Below are positions 54,830-64,000 of a stretch of DNA of 64,000 nt, piece after piece. Where the stretch lies: assembly GCF_009914755.1 (NCBI RefSeq), contig NC_060929.1; one strand, written 5' to 3'. Source of the DNA: the human T2T-CHM13v2.0 reference genome, Homo sapiens. Position numbers and translations under genes: made by a program. The notes beneath the pieces are model-generated. The model searched no databases and was not told the DNA's origin. It saw nothing but the letters and a program-made list of their open reading frames with translations. Position 1 is the stretch's first letter. The number at the start of each line of letters is the position of its first letter.

Positions 54830-56685
54830 CTTGTAACGATTTATAATATATACAAAAGGCATATTTTTTAAAAGAACACCTCAATGCATACTGCCCATGT
54901 ATCTGTGGAGTATCCTGTGGGTTCCTCTCAATCCTATCTATTTACTTCTCAACTCCCACCAGAGATAATGACTTAATTCCCTTGCTATTCCCTTTTCTAT
55001 TATGATATACACTTGTTTCACTAAACAATAAATTATTTAGTGTTGTACATTTTTGAACTTTAAATAAGTGGGATCATACTGTATATATTCTGTGCTTTGC
55101 TCTTTTTTTTGTTCAGCATTATGTTTGTGAGATTTATTCATGTTGATGCATGTAATGGCATGTTCTTTGTTTTTGTTTCTGTATTGTATTTCTTGTATAA
55201 CTATACAACATTTTACTTATCAATTCTCCTGTCAGTGGACGCTTGAGTCATATTCGGTGTTTTTGCTTTTATAAACAATGTTTCTATGAGCATTCTTGAA
55301 CTTGTTCTTGGTCAACTTTTGTGAGTTTCTGTAGGATATATTTCCAGGAGTGAAGTTGCTGAGTCATAGGATATATGTACCATAAAATCTACTTTAAAAA
55401 GCCAAATTTTTTTCCAAAGTGGTGGTACCAATTTTCACTCCCACCAACAATCTGTGATAGATCCTGTTGCTCTACATCTTCTCCAACATTTGGCACTATT
55501 GGACTTTGAAATTTTTGCCAATCTGGTGGGTATAAAATGTAATCTCTTGTGACTTAATTCACATTTTTTGATACGTCTCTCTGAATATCTTTTCATATAT
55601 TTATCAATCACTTGAAGCTCTGCTTTTGTAAAGTTTCTGTTCATATCTTTTGGTTATTTTTGAAAATTGTTTACTTATAATCTTATACATACTAATTTGT
55701 AGGAGTTCTTTTTATATTCTGGTTACTAATCCCTTGACAATTTTATATGTTGCAAATATCTTCTCCCAGTTTGTTGCTTGACTTCACCCTTACCTTATGA
55801 TATTTTCTGATGAACAGAATCCTTAATTTTATTTATTTTTTTTCCTTTATGATCTAATCTTTTTTGTGTTTTAAGAAATCTTTACCTACTGATAACCTAC
55901 AGGTCACATTGGCAGGCTTCCAAATTAATCCGCCTGGGGGAGGTCTTATGATTCATGGCTTACATCCTGTCCCTGAGTAAACAATTTTATCGTGAGTTCC
56001 TCAAATCTTATCATGAATTCCTTAAACTGTTGACATACTGATTAATATGTAGCCTACTGACAGTGGAAAAACACTGATTTGTTTCTGAATCCTGAAGTTT
56101 TACTGATTGTTTTGCACATAGAGCATTTTAGCTTGTATTTTGTAAATCGTAGCCAATGATTATAACCTCTGTATTGTACCCTCCAATGAAAATCACAACT
56201 CGGGTCTGAGGAGTTGCCCTCCCTTCTGAACTTCCCCATAAAAACCTTCCAACTTGTAGCAGATTCTGGAATATGCCCAAATTTGTGGTGTGTCTTCCCA
56301 GGTAGATCCTGGCATTTGGCTTCCAATAAGCCTTTATCAAATTATTTCTGCCTCAACAGCCTTAATTTTGGTTGACACTATCCTGAAGTCATAAAGATAT
56401 TCTATAGTTTCTAAATGTTTTATAGTTTTGCCTCTTATATTTATATATTTCAACCATCTAGAATTGATTTTTAATGTCTTTTCTGAAGTATGGAACCAAG
56501 TTTATTATTTCTGTATGAATACACAAGTGTTCAAATGAAAAGACTACACTTTCCCTCTGCTCTGCCATGTTGCCTCTTTCAAATATCAAGCATATGTGTG
56601 TAAATCTCTTTCTGGTCTATTTTCCTGTCCTTGCCAATACCACACTCACTGAATTATTATAGCTTTTTAATAAGTCTTCATATTT
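54830..56685 (-). mobile_element. Old L1M (LINE-1) 3' region, interrupted by an LTR
   Basis: T-rich reverse L1 signatures (TTCACTCCCACCAACAAT, TTGCAAATATCTTCTCCCAGT); remnant ORF2-like peptide HFIPTRLAKI on minus strand. Confidence 0.75.
55890..56377 (+). mobile_element. Solo LTR, ERV1-class (family not assigned)
   Basis: TG...CA ends, 4-bp TSD CTAC/CTAT, CCAAT box (AGCCAATGA), TATA-like CATAAAAA, degenerate poly(A) signal. Confidence 0.7.
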
Positions 56686-56890
56686 AGTTTTAGAAGAAAT
56701 CTATACAATTATTTCCTCAAAATTATAAAAATGAGTTCAAATTTGTTAGCATAGCACCAAATCAAGTACATTGAATTATTGAATTGATCATTTTTAACCT
56801 TCCCTATCACTTTGGTCTTATTCCATCTGATACTTGCTATTGTCTGGACCCTAGTATAGGCTTTCCATATTGCAATAAAAGAAGTGTGCA

Positions 56891-57255
56891 CCATGGAATA
56901 CGATGCAGCCATAAAAAGGAATGAGATCATGTCCCTTGCAGGAACATGGATGGAGCTGGAGGTCATCATCCTTAGCAAACTAACACAGGAACAGAAAACC
57001 AAATACTGCGTATTTTCACTTATAAGTGAGAGCTAAACACTGAGAACATAAGGACACAAAGAGGGGAAAAACAGACACTGGGGCCTACTTGAGGGTGGAG
57101 GATGGGAGGAGGGAGAAGATTAGAAAAATAACTGTTGGGTATTAGGCTTAGTACCTGGGTGACAAAATAATCTGTAAAACAAACCCCTGTGACATGAGTT
57201 TAGCTATATAACAAGCCTACACATTTACCCCTGAACTTAAAAGTTAAAAAAAAAA
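56891..57255 (+). mobile_element. 5'-truncated older L1PA 3' end
   Basis: CCATGGAATAC.ATGCAGCCATAAAAAGGAATGAGATCATGTCC...G-rich tract, A tail; TSD AAGTGTGCA. Confidence 0.9.
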
Positions 57256-57988
57256 GTGTGCAGGTATCCAGATTGAGGTCAAGCAGAAGTAAATTAGAAG
57301 AACCAAACATTTAAATTAAACCAAAATTTGTCATTGCAGAAGGATATGGTTGTAAACAGTCCTCTGAATATGTAATAAATTTAATAATTGTAAACTTTTA
57401 ATATTAGGATGTTGACATTCAAATATTTGGTACCAAGGTTTCTGGTAATCATTTTCCCACTGAATATTTGCAATATTTCATGAGAGAATGTGGCATGTTT
57501 TTGTGGGCCTGTGGTGTAAGAATTCTTAAACAATAGAAATTTCCACTTAGGGAAAATTATATTTAAGTTACATTTGTATTAAAGATATATAGGTAAATAT
57601 AATAATTTAATCAAAGTTCATTTTTTTAAAGCATATCATTTAAAATAAGTGTGCTAATGTTGAATAAAACTATGTTAACACAAATTCAATTAAATCAATT
57701 TTCCAAGCTTTTGGATTTTTTTAAAATTCAAAATTACAAAATTTTTCATTGTAAATTTAAAATGATGGTTAAGAATTCCAAGCTTTACCCTCATTTGCCT
57801 GTCTCAGGAGTTTTAATTTATATTCATTAAGGTATTTATGAAACTCAGGCATGAATATTATGGTCTCTTTTTCTTGTCTCAATACAGAAGACAAAAAAGA
57901 GCAAATAAATATAAATGGAACCAAAAGATATTTGTATTTAGGAGACTTTGTCCATATTTCAAAACTATGATGTTATTGTAGATTGTAA

Positions 57989-58322
<334 letters not shown>

Positions 58323-58636
58323 TGTAGATTGTACGTTTTTATAAGGAGGTAATAGTAATAGTTAAATTCATTATTGTCCCAAGTGAAGGTAATTAAGAAA
58401 TAAAAACTTAGGGACGGTGATGAAGACAGTATGCTTTTTAATTTGGAAATTTTGTCAGAATAGTGGCCCTTCCAGAGGGGTAGATGAATGTATGACCATT
58501 TAGTCCTATGGTTGTTTTAATAAAACAAATTTCAAGATGGCATAATCTGAGATTCAAAGTAGGCCCAGAGCCTCAACATTACATTTTCTTTTTGAAAAAT
58601 TTCATATTCTTAATTCTAAAAGATTGCCTTTGATGA

Positions 58637-58969
<333 letters not shown>

Positions 58970-59066
58970 TAGACACCTTCATTTTACGGCTGTGGTATCG
59001 GCAGTTTAGGGTATGGAGCAAGTAATATTGTGTGTTTTCTTTTTTTCTTTCTTTCCTTCCATGTAG

Positions 59067-59194
59067 CATCTGCATACCAAAGGACTTATTCTATGAAATA
59101 CTTTAAAAATTCCTCATCAGCAAAGGACAATTCAATAAATACATCCAAACATGATCATCGTTGGAGCCGGAGGTGGCAGGAGTCGAGGCGCTGA
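59067..59194 (+). CDS. VCAN: Versican exon 15 coding part (C-terminal tail and stop)
   Basis: Long pyrimidine tract then TGTAG|CATCTGCA; [12 protein letters not shown]...WQESRR-TGA (stop 59192-59194). Confidence 0.96.
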
Positions 59195-59571
59195 TCCCTA
59201 AAATGGCGAACATGTGTTTTCATCATTTCAGCCAAAGTCCTAACTTCCTGTGCCTTTCCTATCACCTCGAGAAGTAATTATCAGTTGGTTTGGATTTTTG
59301 GACCACCGTTCAGTCATTTTGGGTTGCCGTGCTCCCAAAACATTTTAAATGAAAGTATTGGCATTCAAAAAGACAGCAGACAAAATGAAAGAAAATGAGA
59401 GCAGAAAGTAAGCATTTCCAGCCTATCTAATTTCTTTAGTTTTCTATTTGCCTCCAGTGCAGTCCATTTCCTAATGTATACCAGCCTACTGTACTATTTA
59501 AAATGCTCAATTTCAGCACCGATGGCCATGTAAATAAGATGATTTAATGTTGATTTTAATCCTGTATATAA

Positions 59572-59577
59572 AATAAA
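59572..59577 (+). terminator. Proximal polyadenylation signal AATAAA
   Basis: Canonical hexamer with TGTA just upstream (CCTGTATATA). Confidence 0.6.
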
Positions 59578-60178
59578 AAGTCACAATGAGTTTGGGCATA
59601 TTTAATGATGATTATGGAGCCTTAGAGGTCTTTAATCATTGGTTCGGCTGCTTTTATGTAGTTTAGGCTGGAAATGGTTTCACTTGCTCTTTGACTGTCA
59701 GCAAGACTGAAGATGGCTTTTCCTGGACAGCTAGAAAACACAAAATCTTGTAGGTCATTGCACCTATCTCAGCCATAGGTGCAGTTTGCTTCTACATGAT
59801 GCTAAAGGCTGCGAATGGGATCCTGATGGAACTAAGGACTCCAATGTCGAACTCTTCTTTGCTGCATTCCTTTTTCTTCACTTACAAGAAAGGCCTGAAT
59901 GGAGGACTTTTCTGTAACCAGGAACATTTTTTAGGGGTCAAAGTGCTAATAATTAACTCAACCAGGTCTACTTTTTAATGGCTTTCATAACACTAACTCA
60001 TAAGGTTACCGATCAATGCATTTCATACGGATATAGACCTAGGGCTCTGGAGGGTGGGGGATTGTTAAAACACATGCAAAAAAAAAAAAAAAAAGAAATT
60101 TTGTATATATAACCATTTTAATCTTTTATAAAGTTTTGAATGTTCATGTATGAATGCTGCAGCTGTGAAGCATACATA

Positions 60179-60184
60179 AATAAA
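60179..60184 (+). terminator. Polyadenylation signal AATAAA
   Basis: Canonical hexamer, upstream TGTA elements, downstream T/GT-rich sequence. Confidence 0.6.
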
Positions 60185-60535
60185 TGAAGTAAGCCATACT
60201 GATTTAATTTATTGGATGTTATTTTCCCTAAGACCTGAAAATGAACATAGTATGCTAGTTATTTTTCAGTGTTAGCCTTTTACTTTCCTCACACAATTTG
60301 GAATCATATAATATAGGTACTTTGTCCCTGATTAAATAATGTGACGGATAGAATGCATCAAGTGTTTATTATGAAAAGAGTGGAAAAGTATATAGCTTTT
60401 AGCAAAAGGTGTTTGCCCATTCTAAGAAATGAGCGAATATATAGAAATAGTGTGGGCATTTCTTCCTGTTAGGTGGAGTGTATGTGTTGACATTTCTCCC
60501 CATCTCTTCCCACTCTGTTTTCTCCCCATTATTTG

Positions 60536-60541
60536 AATAAA
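60536..60541 (+). terminator. Candidate polyadenylation signal AATAAA
   Basis: Canonical hexamer in the 3' UTR; another lies at 60668-60673. Confidence 0.45.
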
Positions 60542-63500
60542 GTGACTGCTGAAGATGACTTTGAATCCTTATCCACTTAATTTAATGTTTAAAGAAAAAC
60601 CTGTAATGGAAAGTAAGACTCCTTCCCTAATTTCAGTTTAGAGCAACTTGAAGAAGAGTAGACAAAAAATAAAATGCACATAGAAAAAGAGAAAAAGGGC
60701 ACAAAGGGATTGGCCCAATATTGATTCTTTTTTATAAAACCTCCTTTGGCTTAGAAGGAATGACTCTAGCTACAATAATACACAGAATGTTTAAGCAGGT
60801 TCCCTTGGTTGTTGCATTAAATGTAATCCACCTTTAGGTATTTTAGAGCACAGAACAACACTGTGTTGATCTAGTAGGTTTCTATTTTTCCTTTCTCTTT
60901 ACAATGCACATAATACTTTCCTGTATTTATATCATAACGTGTATAGTGTAAAATGTGAATGACTTTTTTTGTGAATGAAAATCTAAAATCTTTGTAACTT
61001 TTTATATCTGCTTTTGTTTCACCAAAGAAACCTAAAATCCTTCTTTTACTACACTGTGACTGGTCTGGTTATTTACAACTTTAAATCCTTATGTGCACCA
61101 ACATTTTTACATTCTGGTTCCATCATGGAGAGCAAGCTTCTAACCTGGATGAGATGATTTTGTGGCAAGCAAAGAAATGATTATATATATACCCGTAAAA
61201 GTTGCGATAATAATTCTGATAATGTTTTCATCTGAATACTATGTATTAATTTCAAATATGGAAACTATGCAATGGGAAAAGTGATAGCTCACATCACAGA
61301 AATCTTCCTATGAACCAAGGCAAGTATTTTACATGTAATATATCATAACAAGCTTATGAAACAGGGGTCATCATTACTGACTGATAAGGGATCGGGCATA
61401 GAGGGCTCGTTATTTGTCCAAAATCATGCAGTTAGTGTGTAGCAGAAGCAGGTAATCCCTACAGCCCACACAGAATTTCCAAGAAAAATGTAAAATATTA
61501 TATCCCTGATTGTTATGCATTTAAGAGGTTATCACCCATTCAGATATCCATCCGTTCCTTCAGTTTTCATTCATTCATTATTTAAGGATTTAATGTGTGC
61601 CAGGCACCGTAATAGGCTCTGAAGATTCACCAGTGGATGCGGTAGACAGGTTTCTGCCCACATAAAGTTTTTATACTGGCTGCATCCCATGGAAATTATC
61701 ATAGAACCCATTCTATTCAGTATCTTTATTGATAATCTGGAAGAACCAATACATTTTATGCTCCAAAGTTATATCAAAGATATAAAGGTCAAAGGTGAGC
61801 TGAAAATTATTTTAAGGTTCTTTCTAGAAATGTCAAAAATATACAGGGAGTTTGGCATGAATAAGTGTGGAAGAGAAGAGATTATTTTCCTTTCTGAGCT
61901 TGTCCTTTTAGTGTGCACTCTGTCATATCTTTTACATAGAATTTAAATATGATCCAAGGGAATATATAAGAATTTATAATAATTGTGCATATATAGCCTT
62001 CTGAGATTATTGGTGGATCTAGGTACAAATAACAGAATCTGTGGGATGAACAGAATACTGGGACAGAGTGAGACATTAAAAAAGACTTACACTAGTCAAA
62101 GGCAGCAAGAAGTGGTTCTTTGTCCATTTTTAAAGGTTAAGTGGCATATCAGAGGGAAGAATGTGCCCCTGCGTTGGGGGCTATTTAAGAAGAGGTGGTC
62201 TTCCAGGGTAGCTGTATTACTAAAGAGGTAAGAGAGATTGTATAGTGAGAGGTGCATCATTTTAATGTGATGGTAAGTAGACCTTTGCTGATCTTAAGTA
62301 AATTTTCAATAAAGTACCAAGAGTAGGAACTGAATTAGCCACAAGCTATTTGCCCGGAAATCATATATCATGTACAATAAACTCACAGAGTTTGCAAATA
62401 AACAGAAAAAAATAAAGTAGTTGTAAAAAAGTTCCGGGTTAATTTTGTGCATGACTATTTCCCATGAAAAGGATCTATGAGAGAATATATTCTAGATAAG
62501 GGAAAAAGATGTTATTATCAAGTGGCTAAAGACTCAGTGATGAATACAACATTTGTAAAGTGTTTCCTTTTATGTTTCTTAATATTAGAAATGCAGTGAA
62601 ATTGTTTCTGAAAAAAAAAAGGTTGGCAGTGATATGTTAGCACTGATATTGGTGCATCTTTCTTTTTACTGTATTGCAACTTGCATTTTCTCTAAACAAA
62701 TCAGAATTCATCCAAATGATTCTTTTCTGAAACAAGTCTAAACAGAACATTTATAAAGGTCCTTGAGTGAGTCATTCAAGATTGTATAATCTTTTCCCAT
62801 TATTACTCATTTCTGTATGTTTAGATCCCAGCTGGACAAGAAAGAGCAAATGCCAAAATAGAACAAGAATGGTTTTGTTGAGGTGTTTACAGAATAAGCA
62901 AAGCCTGGGTTTTAATTGGAATTTAATTCAGAGTTCTGTCTGAGTCCATCAAATGATCCCTGTTGAAGATTAAAAGTTTACTGCCTTAGGCAGTAAGTCT
63001 TAAATTATTTTTGATAGTATTTATTTAAAAATTTTAAAAACTATGTACCTCTCACATTTTAAGTTGTCAACAAAATTTTTTTTCATCATAAAGTTATACA
63101 ACTATAGAGGATGTAATTTTTGACCTATTTTAAATATTGTCATTCTAAAATAAGCATGTAATATCACTTTCAGGATATATTCAGTGGAATCTAAATATCA
63201 TAGTGGTTTGACCTCTTACATCATTCTTTTAAAAGTAGTCTTTTATTAAGAGTCAAAAATTTTATATTTTTGTTTTCGTTGGACTAATTCTAAAATTTAA
63301 GTTCCTCTTACGGAATGTTATCAAAAATTGTATAGTTATATGCTTAGAAGTCTTCTATTGATTAAGCCATCAAACTTAAGTACATCAAAATTTGTACTTT
63401 AAAGTTTAAATTCTTTTTTCCTTGTGAACATAATCCTATAAACTAAAATTTTCCTGGACCAAGTTATTTTTGTAGTTTACTAATATACAATTGATCAAAA

Positions 63501-64000
63501 CAATATAAAGCTATCGTAACATGTGAAAGATTATACAAATTGTAAAAATTTTGTTGGAAATATGTCTTAATGAGATGATTAGGGCTGTTTTTCCCAATTC
63601 ACATTTCCGTAGGGAAATATTCCTTAAAACTAAAATGTGGCATGGCTTAGCACATTTCACTCTCATTTTGTTTGATAGATGTAAATACCGAGAAAATCTG
63701 TTTACATAAGTAGATGAAAATGATAGTTTTATTGTGCACTGCTACTCAATTTTTAAAGCAATTTCTGTTATATGCCAAAAATCACAGTGATCTATCAAAA
63801 GTTATTTTCAAATTACCTCTCAGCTGACATGTCAAGTCCTCCTTAATTTTTTTTTTAAATAAACACTTGGTTTGAAAAAGGATTTGTCACACTGGCATCA
63901 GAATTATTCAGTGTGAATTGTCTCTTACTTGTCCTAATTCTTGCATTCCATGGCAATGTATCCTAAGACTCAGAATGGATAAGAGATGTTTCATTTAGTG

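Larger units (their letters stand above)
59195..61053 (+). other. VCAN: VCAN 3' UTR (distal end approximate)
   Basis: Repeat-free AU-rich sequence after the stop with several poly(A) hexamers; end inferred from AAGAAA at 61025-61030 followed by CA and a GU-rich tract. Confidence 0.75.

Noticed and set aside
60078-60094. A17 run in the 3' UTR as a transcript end
   Set aside because: Genomically encoded; a likely oligo-dT internal-priming artefact source
61100-64000. Downstream flank ORFs of 64-85 aa
   Set aside because: No splice structure or homology; AT-rich sequence with decayed MIR/L2-like pieces

Overview
Mammalian genomic DNA, almost certainly human (Alu, L1PA and MER repeats; protein matches human versican as I recall it). 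The window holds the 3' part of VCAN (versican/CSPG2) on the + strand: the end of exon 7 (GAG-alpha), the 5262-bp exon 8 (GAG-beta), exons 9-15 (G3 domain: two EGF modules, C-type lectin, sushi/CCP, tail), the 3' UTR and about 3 kb of downstream flank. Every exon boundary was read from GT/AG signals and the phases join into one open frame. Nearly all short ORFs in the track are spurious intronic or repeat-derived frames. The introns contain ordinary interspersed repeats plus a nested composite: a MULE-type Ricksha element carrying an ERV-L/MLT2 fragment, inserted in a hAT element. I see no evidence for a wholly new gene system. The most interesting points are splice architecture (V4 internal donor, Vint intron retention, Wagner-syndrome cryptic sites, an exon-8 circle that would be a stop-free infinite ORF), an internal peptide repeat in GAG-beta, and several small palindromes. 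Repeat family names, isoform names and literature links come from memory and are not search results.
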